Source: Balanoglossus misakiensis
Lineage: Eukaryota; Animalia; Hemichordata
Reading direction: 5' to 3'
Assembly (NCBI GenBank): GCA_040954595.2
Contig: CM082576.2
Location: 9,179,129 to 9,243,128, forward strand
DNA: 64,000 nt
The position numbers were made by a program, and so were the translations under genes. The notes beneath the pieces are model-generated. The model did no database searches, was not told the DNA's origin, and saw only the letters and a list, made by a program, of their open reading frames with translations. Shown here in pieces: positions 38,436 to 52,439 of this stretch (position 1 is the stretch's first letter; every line of letters begins with the position of its first letter).

Positions 38436-41400
38436 TCCGACTTTGCAAACTTTGGTCATTTTGTCATTTGTGTACATTTTTCATGGGTTATAGCACATGA
38501 AAATTGTCGAAATATGACAATTTCCCGACTTTGCGAACCTTGGTGATTTTGTCATTTTGGGACATTTTTCATGGGTTATAGCTCATGAAAATTGTCAAAA
38601 AATGACAATTTTTCGACTTTCCGAAACATCAAAATTTCTTCATTTTTTCACAAAAATCATGAGTTATAGCTCATGAAAATCATCCAAAAATGACAATTTT
38701 TCGACTTTCCGAAACATCAAAATTTCTTCATTTTTTCACAAAAATCATGGGTTATAGCTCATGAAAATCATCCAAAAATGACAATTTTTCGACTTTCCGA
38801 AACATCAAAATTTCTTCATTTTTTCACAAAAATCATGGGTTATAGCTCATGAAAATCATCCAAAAATGACAATTTTTCGACTTTCCGAAACATCAAAATT
38901 TCTTCATTTTTTCACAAAAATCATGGGTTATAGCTCATGAAAATCATCCAAAAATGACAATTTTTCGACTTTCCGAAACATCAAAATTTCTTCATTTTTT
39001 CACAAAAATCATGGGTTATAGCTCATGAAAATCATCAAAAAATGACAATTTTTCGACTTTCCGAAACATCAAAATTTCTTCATTTTTTTTCACAAAAATC
39101 ATGGGTTATAGCTCATGAAAATCATCCAAAAAAGACAATTTTTCGACTTTCCGAAACATCAAAATTTCTTCATTTTTTCACAAAAATCATGGGTTATAGC
39201 TCATGAAAATCATCCAAAAATGACAATTTTTCGACTTACCGAAACATCAAAATTTCTTCATTTTTTCACAAAAACCATGGGTTATAGCTCATGAAAATCA
39301 TCCAAAAATGACAATTTTTCGACTTTCCGAAACATCAAAATTTCTTCATTTTTTCACAAAAACCATGGGTTATAGCTCATGAAAGTCATCCAAAAATGAC
39401 AATTTTTCGACTTTCCGAAACATCAAAATTTCTTCATTTTTTCACAAAAATCAGGGGTTATAGCTCATGAAAATCATCCAAAAATGACAATTTTTCGACT
39501 TTCCGAAACATCAAAATTTCTTCATTTTTTCACAAAAATCATGGGTTATAGCTCATGAAAATCATCCAAAAATGACAATTTTTCGACTTTCCGAAACATC
39601 AAAATTTCTTCATTTTTTCACAATAATCATGGGTTATAGCTCATGAAATCATCCAAAAATGACAATTTTTCGACTTTCCGAAACATCAAAATTTCTTCAT
39701 TTTTTCACAAAAATCATGGGTTATAGCTCATGAAAATCATCCAAAAATGACAATTTTTCGACTTTCCGAAACATCAAAATTTCTTCATTTTTTCACAAAA
39801 ATCATGGGTTATAGCTCATGAAAATCATCCAAAAATGACAATTTTTCGACTTTCCGAAACATCAAAATTTCTTCATTTTTTCACAAAAATCATGGGTTAT
39901 AGCTCATGAAAATCATCCAAAAATGACAATTTTTCGACTTTCCGAAACATCAAAATTTCTTCATTTTTTCACAATAATCATGGGTTATAGCTCATGAAAT
40001 CATCCAAAAATGACAATTTTTCGACTTTCCGAAACATCAAAATTTCTTCATTTTTTCACAAAAATCATGGGTTATAGCTCATGAAAATCATCCAAAAATG
40101 ACAATTTTTCGACTTTCCGAAACATCAAAATTTCTTCATTTTTTCACAAAAATCATGGGTTATAGCTCATGAAAATCATCCAAAAATGACAATTTTTCGA
40201 CTTTCCGAAACATCAAAATTTCTTCATTTTTTCACAAAAATCATGGGTTATAGCTCATGAAAATCATCCAAAAATGACAATTTTTCGACTTTCCGAAACA
40301 TCAAAAATTCTTCATTTTTTCACAAAAATCATGGGTTATAGCTCATGAAAATCATCAAAAAATGACAATTTTTCGACTTTCCGAAACATCAAAATTTCTT
40401 CATTTTTTTTCACAAAAATCATGGGTTATAGCTCATGAAAATCATCCAAAAAAGAAAATTTTTCGACTTTCCGAAACATCAAAATTTCTTCATTTTTTCA
40501 CAAAAATCATGGGTTATAGCTCATGAAAATCATCCAAAAATGACAATTTTTCGACTTACCGAAACATCAAAATTTCTTCATTTTTTCACAAAAACCATGG
40601 GTTATAGCTCATGAAAATCATCCAAAAATGACAATTTTTCGACTTTCCGAAACATCAAAATTTCTTCATTTTTTCACAAAAATCATGGGTTATAGCTCAT
40701 GAAAATCATCCAAAAATGACAATTTTTCGACTTTCCGAAACATCAAAATTTCTTCATTTTTTCACAATAATCATGGGTTATAGCTCATGAAATCATCCAA
40801 AAATGACAATTTTTCGACTTTCCGAAACATCAAAATTTCTTCATTTTTTCACAAAAATCATGGGTTATAGCTCATGAAAATCATCCAAAAATGACAATTT
40901 TTCGACTTTCCGAAACATCAAAATTTCTTCATTTTTTCACAAAAATCATGGGTTATAGCTCATGAAAATCATCCAAAAATGACAATTTTTCGACTTTCCG
41001 AAACATCAAAATTACTTCATTTTTTCACAAAAATCATGGGTTATAGCTCATGAAAATCATCCAAAAATGACAATTTTTCGACTTTCCGAAACATCAAAAT
41101 TTCTTCATTTTTTCACAATAATCATGGGTTATAGCTCATGAAATCATCCAAAAATGACAATTTTTCGACTTTCCGAAACATCAAAATTTCTTCATTTTTT
41201 CACAAAAATCATGGGTTATAGCTCATGAAAATCATCCAAAAATGACAATTTTTCGACTTTCCGAAACATCAAAATTTCTTCATTTTTTCACAAAAATCAT
41301 GGGTTATAGCTCATGAAAATCATCCAAAAATGACAATTTTTCGACTTTCCGAAACATCAAAATTTCTTCATTTTTTCACAAAAATCATGGGTTATAGCTC

Positions 41401-44400
41401 ATGAAAATCATCCAAAAATGACAATTTTTCGACTTTCCGAAACATCAAAATTTCTTCATTTTTTCACAAAATCATGGGTTATAGCTCATGAAAATCATCC
41501 AAAAATGACAATTTTTCGACTTTCCGAAACATCAAAATTTCTACATTTTTTCACAAAAATCATGGGTTATAGCTCATGAAAATCATCCAAAAATGACAAT
41601 TTTTCGACTTTCCGAAACATCAAAATTTCTTCATTTTTTCACAAAAATCATGGGTTATAGCTCATGAAAATCATCCAAAAATGACAATTTTTCGACTTTC
41701 CGAAACATCAAAATTTCTTCATTTTTTCACAAAAATCATGGGTTATAGCTCATGAAAATCATCCAAAAATGACAATTTTTCGACTTTCCGAAACATCAAA
41801 AATTCTTCATTTTTTCACAAAAATCATGGGTTATAGCTCATGAAAATCATCAAAAAATGACAATTTTTCGACTTTCCGAAACATCAAAATTTCTTCATTT
41901 TTTTTCACAAAAATCATGGGTTATAGCTCATGAAAATCATCCAAAAAAGACAATTTTTCGACTTTCCGAAACATCAAAATTTCTTCATTTTTTCACAAAA
42001 ATCATGGGTTATAGCTCATGAAAATCATCCAAAAATGACAATTTTTCGACTTACCGAAACATCAAAATTTCTTCATTTTTTCACAAAAACCATGGGTTAT
42101 AGCTCATGAAAATCATCCAAAAATGACAATTTTTCGACTTTCCGAAACATCAAAATTTCTTCATTTTTTCACAAAAACCATGGGTTATAGCTCATGAAAG
42201 TCATCCAAAAATGACAATTTTTCGACTTTCCGAAACATCAAAATTTCTTCATTTTTTCACAATAATCATGGGTTATAGCTCATGAAATCATCCAAAAATG
42301 ACAATTTTTCGACTTTCCGAAACATCAAAATTTCTTCATTTTTTCACAAAAATCATGGGTTATAGCTCATGAAAATCATCCAAAAATGACAATTTTTCGA
42401 CTTTCCGAAACATCAAAATTTCTTCATTTTTTCACAAAAATCATGGGTTATAGCTCATGAAAATCATCCAAAAATGACAATTTTTCGACTTTCCGAAACA
42501 TCAAAATTTCTTCATTTTTTCACAAAAATCATGGGTTATAGCTCATGAAAATCATCCAAAAATGACAATTTTTCGACTTTCCGAAACATCAAAATTTCTT
42601 CATTTTTTCACAAAATCATGGGTTATAGCTCATGAAAATCATCCAAAAATGACAATTTTTCGACTTTCCGAAACATCAAAATTTCTACATTTTTTCACAA
42701 AAATCATGGGTTATAGCTCATGAAAATCATCCAAAATTGACAATTTTTCGACTTTCCGAAACATCAAAATTTCTTCATTTTTTCACAAAAATCATGGGTT
42801 ATAGCTCATGAAAATCATCCAAAAATGACAATTTTTCGACTTTCCGAAACATCAAAATTTCTTCATTTTTTCACAAAAATCATGGGTTATAGCTCATGAA
42901 AATCATCCAAAAATGACAATTTTTCGATTTTCCGAAACATCAAAATTTCTTCATTTTTTCACAATAATCATGGGTTATAGCTCATGAAATCATCCAAAAA
43001 TGACAATTTTTCGACTTTCCGAAACATCAAAATTTCTTCATTTTTTCACAAAAATCATGGGTTATAGCTCATGAAAATCATCCAAAAATGACAATTTTTC
43101 GACTTTCCGAAACATCAAAATTTCTTCATTTTTTCACAAAAATCATGGGTTATAGCTCATGAAAATCATCCAAAAATGACAATTTTTCGACTTTCCGAAA
43201 CATCAAAATTTCTTCATTTTTTCACAAAAATCATGGGTTATAGCTCATGAAAATCATCCAAAAATGACAATTTTTCGACTTTCCGAAACATCAAAATTTC
43301 TTCATTTTTTCACAAAAATCATGGGTTATAGCTTATGAAAATCATCCAAAAATGACAATTTTTCGACTTTCCGAAACATCAAAATTTCTTCATTTTTTCA
43401 CAAAAATCATGGGTTATAGCTCATGAAAATCATCCAAAAATGAAAATTTTTCGACTTTCCGAAACATCAAAATTTCTTCATTTTTTCACAAAAATCATGG
43501 GTTATAGCTCATGAAAATCATCCAAAAATGACAATTTTTCGACTTTCCGAAACATCAAAATTTCTTCATTTTTTCACAATAATCATGGGTTATAGCTCAT
43601 GAAATCATCCAAAAATGACAATTTTTCGACTTTCCGAAACATCAAAATTTCTTCATTTTTTCACAAAAATCATGGGTTATAGCTCATGAAAATCATCCAA
43701 AAATGACAATTTTTCGACTTTCCGAAACATCAAAATTTCTTCATTTTTTCACAAAAATCATGGGTTATAGCTCATGAAAATCATCCAAAAATGACAATTT
43801 TTCGACTTTCCGAAACATCAAAATTTCTTCATTTTTTCACAAAAATCATGGGTTATAGCTCATGAAAATCATCCAAAAATGACAATTTTTCGACTTTCCG
43901 AAACATCAAATTTCTTCATTTTTTCACAAAAATCATGGGTTATAGCTCATGAAAATCATCCAAAAATGACAATTTTTCGACTTTCCGAAACATCAAAATT
44001 TCTTCATTTTTTCACAAAAATCATGGGTTATAGCTCATGAAAATCATCCAAAAATGACAATTTTTCGACTTTCCGAAACATCAAAATTTCTTCATTTTTT
44101 CACAAAAATCATGGGTTATAGCTCATGAAAATCATCCAAAAATGACACTTTTTCGACTTTCCGAAACATCAAAATTTCTTCATTTTTTCACAAAAATCAT
44201 GGGTTATAGCTCATGAAAATCATCCAAAAATGACAATTTTTCGACTTTCCGAAACATCAAAATTTCTTCATTTTTTCACAAAAATCATGGGTTATAGCTC
44301 ATGAAAATCATCCAAAAATGACAATTTTTCGACTTTCCGAAACATCAAAATTTCTTCATTTTTTCACAAAAATCATGGGTTATAGCTCATGAAAATCATC

Positions 44401-47400
44401 CAAAAATGACAATTTTTCGACTTTCCGAAACATCAAAATTTCTTCATTTTTTCACAAAAATCATGGGTTATAGCTCATGAAAATCATCCAAAAATGACAA
44501 TTTTTCGACTTTCCGAAACATCAAAATTTCTTCATTTTTTCACAACAATCATGGGTTATAGCTCATGAAAATCATCCAAAAATGACAATTTTTCGACTTT
44601 CCGAAACATCAAAATTTCTTCATTTTTTCACAAAAATCATGGGTTATAGCTCATGAAAATCATCCAAAAATGACAATTTTTCGACTTTCCGAAACATCAA
44701 AATTTCTTCATTTTTTCACAAAAATCATGGGTTATAGCTCATGAAAATCATCCAAAAATGACAATTTTTCGACTTTCCGAAACATCAAAATTTCTTCATT
44801 TTTTCACAAAAATCATGGGTTATAGCTCATGAAAATCATCCAAAAATGACAATTTTTCGACTTTCCGAAACATCAAAATTTCTTCATTTTTTCACAAAAA
44901 TCATGGGTTATAGCTCATGAAAGGCATACAAAAATGACAATTTTTCAACTTTTCGAAATCTCGAAATTTTGTCGATTTTTGAAAAAAATCATGTGTTATA
45001 GCTCATTAAAATCATCCAAAGATGACAATTTTTCGACTTTCCGAAACATCAAAATTTCTTCATTTTTTCACAAAAATCATGGGTTATAGCTCATGAAAAT
45101 CATCCAGAAATGACAATTTTTCGACTTACCGAAACATCAAAATTTCTTCATTTTTTCACAAAAACCATGGGTTATAGCTCATGAAAATCATCCAAAAATG
45201 ACTATTTTTCGACTTTCCGAAACATCAAAATTTCTTCATTTTTTCACAAAAATCATGGGTTATAGCTCATGAAAATCATCCAAAAATGACAATTTTTCGA
45301 CTTTCCGAAACATCAAAATTTCTTCATTTTTTCACAAAAATCATGGGTTATAGCTCATGAAAATCATCCAAAAATGACAATTTTTCGACTTTCCGAAACA
45401 TCAAAATTTCTTCATTTTTTCACAAAAATCATGGGTTATAGCTCATGAAAATCATCCAAAAATGACAATTTTTCGATTTTCCGAAACATCAAAATTTCTT
45501 CATTTTTTCACAAAAATCATGGGTTATAGCACATGAAAATTGTCAAAATATGACAATTTCCCGACTTTGCGAACCTTGGTGATTTTGTCATTTTGGGACA
45601 TTTTTCATGGGTTATATAGCTCATGAAAATCATCAAAAAATGACAATTTTTCGACTTTTCGAAATCTCGAAATTTCGTCGATTTTTGGAAAAAATCATGG
45701 GTTATAGCTCATGAAAATCATCAAAAAATGACAATTTTTCGACTTTCCGAAACATCAAAATTTCTTCATTTTATCACAATAATCATGGGTTATAGCTCAT
45801 GAAATCATCCAAAAATGACAATTTTTCGACTTTCCGAAACATTAAAATTTCTTCATTTTTTCACAAAAATCATGGGTTATAGCTCATGAAAATCATCCAA
45901 AAATGACAATTTTTCGACTTTCCGAAACATCAAAATTTCTTCATTTTTTCACAAAAATCATGGGTTATAGCTCATGAAAATCATCCAAAAATGACAATTT
46001 TTCGACTTTCCGAAACATCAAAATTTCTTCATTTTTTCACAAAAATCATGGGTTATAGCTCATGAAAATCATCCAAAAATGACAATTTTTCGACTTTCCG
46101 AAACATCAAAATTTCTTCATTTTTTCACAAAAATCATGGGTTATAGCTCATGAAAATCATCCAAAAATGACAATTTTTCGACTTTTCGAAACATCAAAAT
46201 TTCTTCATTTTTTCACAAAAATCATGGGTTATAGCTCATGAAAATCATCCAAAACTGACAATTTTTCGACTTTCTGAAACATCAAAATTTCTTCATTTTT
46301 TCACAAAAATCATGGGTTATAGCTCATGAAAATCATCAAAAAATGACAATTTTTCAACTTTTCGAAATCTCGAAATTTTGTCGATTTTTGAAAAAAATCA
46401 TGTTATACCTCATGAAAATCATCCAAAAATGACAATTTTTCGACTTTCCGAAACATCAAAATTTCTTCATTTTTTCACAAAAATCATGGGTTATAGCTCA
46501 TGAAAATCATCCAAAAATGACAATTTTTCGACTTTCCGAAACATCAAAATTTCTTCATTTTTTCACAAAAATCATGGGTTATAGCTCATGAAAATCATCC
46601 AAAAATGACAATTTTTCGACTTTTCGAAACATCAAAATTTCTTCATTTTTTCACAAAAATCATGGGTTATAGCTCATGAAAATCATCCAAAACTGACAAT
46701 TTTTCGACTTTCTGAAACATCAAAATTTCTTCATTTTTTCACAAAAATCATGGGTTATAGCTCATGAAAATCATCAAAAAATGACAATTTTTCAACTTTT
46801 CGAAATCTCGAAATTTTGTCGATTTTTGAAAAAAATCATGTTATAGCTCATGAAAATCATCCAAAAATGACAATTTTTCGACTTTCCGAAACATCAAAAT
46901 TTCTTCATTTTTTCACAAAAATCATGGGTTATAGCTCATGAAAATCATCCAAAAATGACAATTTTTCGACTTTCCGAAACATCAAAATTTCTTCATTTTT
47001 TCACAAAAATCATGGGTTATAGCTCATGAAAATCATCCAAAAATGACAATTTTTCGACTTTCCGAAACATCAAAATTTCTTCATTTTTTCACAAAAATCA
47101 TGGGTTATAGCTCATGAAAATCATCAAAAAATGACAATTTTTCGACTTTTCGAAATCTCGAAATTTCGTCGATTTTGGAAAAAAATCATGGGTTATAGCT
47201 CATGAAAATCATCCAAAAATGACAATTTTTCGACTTTCCGAAACATCAAAATTTCTTCATTTTTTCACAATAATCATGGGTTATAGCTCATGAAATCATC
47301 CAAAAATGACAATTTTTCGACTTTTCGAAATCTCGTAATTTCGTCGATTTTGGAAAAAACTCATGGGTTATAGCTCATGAAAATCATCCAAAAATGACAA

Positions 47401-50400
47401 TTTTTCGACTTTCCGAAACATCAAAATTTCTTCATTTTTTCACAAAAATCATGGGTTATAGCTCATGAAAATCATCCAAAAAGGACAATTTTTCGACTTT
47501 TCGAAACATCAAAATTTCTTCATTTTTTCACAAAAATCATGGGTTATAGCTCATGAAAATCATCCAAAAATGACAATTTTTTGACTTTCCGAAACATCAA
47601 AATTTCTTCATTTTTTCACAAAAATCATGGGTTATAGCTCATGAAAATCATCCAAAAATGACAATTTTTCGACTTTCCGAAACATCAAAATTTCTTCATT
47701 TTTTCACAAAAATCATGGGTTATAGTTCATGAAAATCATCCAAAAATGACAATTTTTCGACTTTTCGAAATCTCGAAATTTCGTCGATTTTGGAAAAAAC
47801 TCATGGGTTATAGCTCATGAAAATCATCCAAAAATGACAATTTTTCGACTTTCCGAAACATCAAAATTTCTTCATTTTTTCACAAAAATCATGGGTTATA
47901 GCTCATGAAAATCATCCAAAAATGACAATTTTTCGACTTTCCGAAACATCAAAATTTCTTCATTTTTTCACAAAAATCATGGGTTATAGCTCATGAAAAT
48001 CATCAAAAAATGACAATTTTTCGACTTTTCGAAATCTCGAAATTTCGTCGATTTTGGAAAAAAATCATGGGTTATAGCTCATGAAAATCATCCAAAAATG
48101 ACAATTTTTCGACTTTCCGAAACATCAAAATTTCTTCATTTTTTCACAATAATCATGGGTTATAGCTCATGAAATCATCCAAAAATGACAATTTTTCGAC
48201 TTTCCGAAACATCAAAATTTCTTCATTTTTTCACAAAAATCATGGGTTATAGCTCATGAAAATCATCCAAAAATGACAATTTTTCGACTTTTCGAAATCT
48301 CGTAATTTCGTCGATTTTGGAAAAAACTCATGGGTTATAGCTCATGAAAATCATCCAAAAATGACAATTTTTCGACTTTCCGAAACATCAAAATTTCTTC
48401 ATTTTTTCACAAAAATCATGGGTTATATAGCTCATGAAAATCATCCAAAAATGACAATTTTTCGACTTTCCGAAACATCAAAATTTCTTCATTTTTTCAC
48501 AAAAATCATGGGTTATAGCTCATGAAAATCATCCAAAAATGACAATTTTTCGACTTTCCGAAACATCAAAATTTCTTCATTTTTTCACAAAAATCATGGG
48601 TTATAGCTCATGAAAATCATCCAAAAATGACAATTTTTCGACTTTCCGAAACATCAAAATTTCTTCATTTTTTCACAAAAATCATGGGTTATAGCTCATG
48701 AAAATCATCCAAAAATGACAATTTTTCGACTTTTCGAAATCTCGTAATTTCGTCGATTTTGGAAAAAACTCATGGGTTATAGCTCATGAAAATCATCCAA
48801 AAATGACAATTTTTCGACTTTCCGAAACATCAAAATTTCTTCATTTTTTCACAAAAATCATGGGTTATATAGCTCATGAAAATCATCCAAAAATGACAAT
48901 TTTTCGACTTTCCGAAACATCAAAATTTCTTCATTTTTTCACAAAAATCATGGGTTATAGCTCATGAAAATCATCCAAAAATGACAATTTTTCGACTTTC
49001 CGAAACATCAAAATTTCTTCATTTTTTCACAAAAATCATGGGTTATAGCTCATGAAAATCATCCAAAAATGACAATTTTTCGACTTTCCGAAACATCAAA
49101 ATTTCTTCATTTTTTCACAAAAATCATGGGTTATAGCTCATGAAAATCATCCAAAAATGACAATTTTTCGACTTTCCGAAACATCAAAATTTCTTCATTT
49201 TTTCACAATAATCATGGGTTATAGCTCATGAAATCATCCAAAAATGACAATTTTTCGACTTTCCGAAACATCAAAATTTCTTCATTTTTTCACAAAAATC
49301 ATGGGTTATAGCTCATGAAAATCATCCAAAAATGACAATTTTTCGACTTTTCGAAATCTCGTAATTTCGTCGATTTTGGAAAAAACTCATGGGTTATAGC
49401 TCATGAAAATCATCCAAAAATGACAATTTTTCGACTTTCCGAAACATCAAAATTTCTTCATTTTTTCACAAAAATCATGGGTTATATAGCTCATGAAAAT
49501 CATCCAAAAATGACAATTTTTCGACTTTCCGAAACATCAAAATTTCTTCATTTTTTCACAAAAATCATGGGTTATAGCTCATGAAAATCATCCAAAAATG
49601 ACAATTTTTCGACTTTCCGAAACATCAAAATTTCTTCATTTTTTCACAAAAATCATGGGTTATAGCTCATGAAAATCATCCAAAAATGACAATTTTTCGA
49701 CTTTCCGAAACATCAAAATTTCTTCATTTTTTCACAAAAATCATGGGTTATAGCTCATGAAAATCATCCAAAAATGACAATTTTTCGACTTTTCGAAATC
49801 TCGTAATTTCGTCGATTTTGGAAAAAACTCATGGGTTATAGCTCATGAAAATCATCCAAAAATGACAATTTTTCGACTTTCCGAAACATCAAAATTTCTT
49901 CATTTTTTCACAAAAATCATGGGTTATATAGCTCATGAAAATCATCCAAAAATGACAATTTTTCGACTTTCCGAAACATCAAAATTTCTTCATTTTTTCA
50001 CAAAAATCATGGGTTATAGCTCATGAAAATCATCCAAAAATGACAATTTTTCGACTTTCCGAAACATCAAAATTTCTTCATTTTTTCACAAAAATCATGG
50101 GTTATAGCTCATGAAAATCATCCAAAAATGACAATTTTTCGACTTTCCGAAACATCAAAATTTCTTCATTTTTTCACAAAAATCATGGGTTATAGCTCAT
50201 GAAAATCATCCAAAAATGACAATTTTTCGACTTTCCGAAACATCAAAATTTCTTCATTTTTTCACAAAAATCATGGGTTATAGCTCATGAAAATCATCCA
50301 AAAATGACAATTTTTCGACTTTCCGAAACATCAAAATTTCTTCATTTTTTCACAAAAATCATGGGTTATAGCTCATGAAAATCATCCAAAAATGACAATT

Positions 50401-51783
50401 TTTCGACTTTCCGAAACATCAAAATTTCTTCATTTTTTCACAAAAATCATGGGTTATAGCTCATGAAAATCATCCAAAAATGACAATTTTTCGACTTTCC
50501 GAAACATCAAAATTTCTTCATTTTTTCACAAAAATCATGGGTTATAGCTCATGAAAATCATCCAAAAATGACAATTTTTCGACTTTCCGAAACATCAAAA
50601 TTTCTTCATTTTTTCACAAAAATCATGGGTTATAGCTCATGAAAATCATCCAAAAATGACAATTTTTCGACTTTCCGAAACATCAAAATTTCTTCATTTT
50701 TTCACAAAAATCATGGGTTATAGCTCATGAAAATCATCCAAAAATGACAATTTTTCGACTTTCCGAAACATCAAAATTTCTTCATTTTTTCACAAAAATC
50801 ATGGGTTATAGCTCATGAAAATCATCCAAAAATGACAATTTTTCGACTTTTCGAAATCTCGAAATTTCGTCGATTTTGGAAAAAACTCATGGGTTATAGC
50901 TCATGAAAATCATCCAAAAATGACAATTTTTCGACTTTCCGAAACATCAAAATTTCTTCATTTTTTCACAATAATCATGGGTTATAGCTCATGAAATCAT
51001 CCAAAAATGACAATTTTTCGACTTTCCGAAACATCAAAATTTCTTCATTTTTTCACAAAAATCATGGGTTATAGCTCATGAAAATCATACAAAAATGACA
51101 ATTTTTCAACTTTTCGAAATCTCGAAATTTTGTCGATTTTTGAAAAAAATCATGTGTTATAGCTCATGAAAATCATCAAAAAATGACAATTTTTCGACTT
51201 TTCGAACTCTCGAAATTCAACGTCGATTTTTGAAATAAATCATGGGTTATAGCTAATGAAAATCATCAAAAATGACAATTTATCGACTTTTCTAAATCTC
51301 GAAATTTCGTCGATTTTTGAAAAAAATCATGGGTTATAGCTTATGAAAATCATCAAAAAATGACAATGTTTCGACTTTGCGAAATTTGGTGATTTTGTCA
51401 TTTTGAGATGTTTTTCATGGGTTATAGCTCATGAAAATTGACAAAAAATGACAAATTTCCGACCTTGCGAAATTTGGTGATTTTGTCAATTTGTGAAGTT
51501 TTTCATGGGTTATAGCTCATGAGAATTGCCAAAAAATGACAAATTTCCGACCTTGCGAAATTTGGTGAGTTTGTCATTTTGAGACGTTTTTCATGGGTTT
51601 ATAGCTCATGAGAATTGCCAAAAAATTACAAATTTCCGACCTTGCGAAATTTGGTGATTTTGTCATTTTGAGACGTTTTTCATGGGTTACTAGTATATAG
51701 CTCATGTAAATTGTCAAAAAATGACAAATTTCCTACCTTGCGAAATTTGGTGATTTTGTCATTTTGAGACGTTTTTATGGGTT
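38436..51783. repeat. Satellite DNA array, 88-bp monomer, ~150 copies
   Basis: Consensus CATGGGTTATAGCTCATGAAAATCATCCAAAAATGACAATTTTTCGACTTTCCGAAACATCAAAATTTCTTCATTTTTTCACAAAAAT, period 88 (e.g. 38746 to 38834). Homogeneous core with diverged monomer variants at the edges. Confidence 0.98.
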
Positions 51784-52439
51784 TGCAAATTTATATGTTT
51801 AGTTTTGGTACAGACTTTGGATTTGTGGCAACTTTCGACATACTGTTGAATATTTTAGCAAATATAGAAAACGGATCAAACTTCCAGAATTGGTTTCCAT
51901 GTTTACAGGTGATGTTTCGCATACTTTTGAATTTCCTGAGCGTCTGTAGGAAGCAAAGAGCAAGGTCGAAGTTGCTAAGGCCAATTACGGGAACAGAAGT
52001 AGTTTGCCAAAATTGTGATTACTTTTCATCTTTTAATATGTCAGTACATGTATCTATAATGGTTGCAAACCTGACGCTTTTTGAGTTTTAATGGGGACAA
52101 TCGAGTTTGCTACAAATTAACGGTTGACATTTGACTTTACCCGTTTCAATTATCTCAACATCAAGGCAGTGTTGGGGTAATAAAATGACACAGACACAAG
52201 TATTTCAGTTTAATCTAGTCCATTGAAAATTTTAATCTCAAAGTTTTGAAACAATAAACAAGAGAATACATGTATACAGTGTTATCTGTAGACTTACAAT
52301 ATGAAAAAGGAAAGAAAATCAATGAGTTGTAATTTACACAATCATGCCAAATTTTCCAACCATAGCATTGCATCAGCTTGGTAAAAATCAATGGAAATAC
52401 TATTGTCATTAGATGTTAGGTGGTCAATGCAGACTACCA

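Noticed and set aside
38700-38790. CENP-B box in the satellite monomer
   Set aside because: TTCGACTTTCCGAAA does not fit TTCG-N4-A-N2-CGGG, so centromeric function is unsupported.
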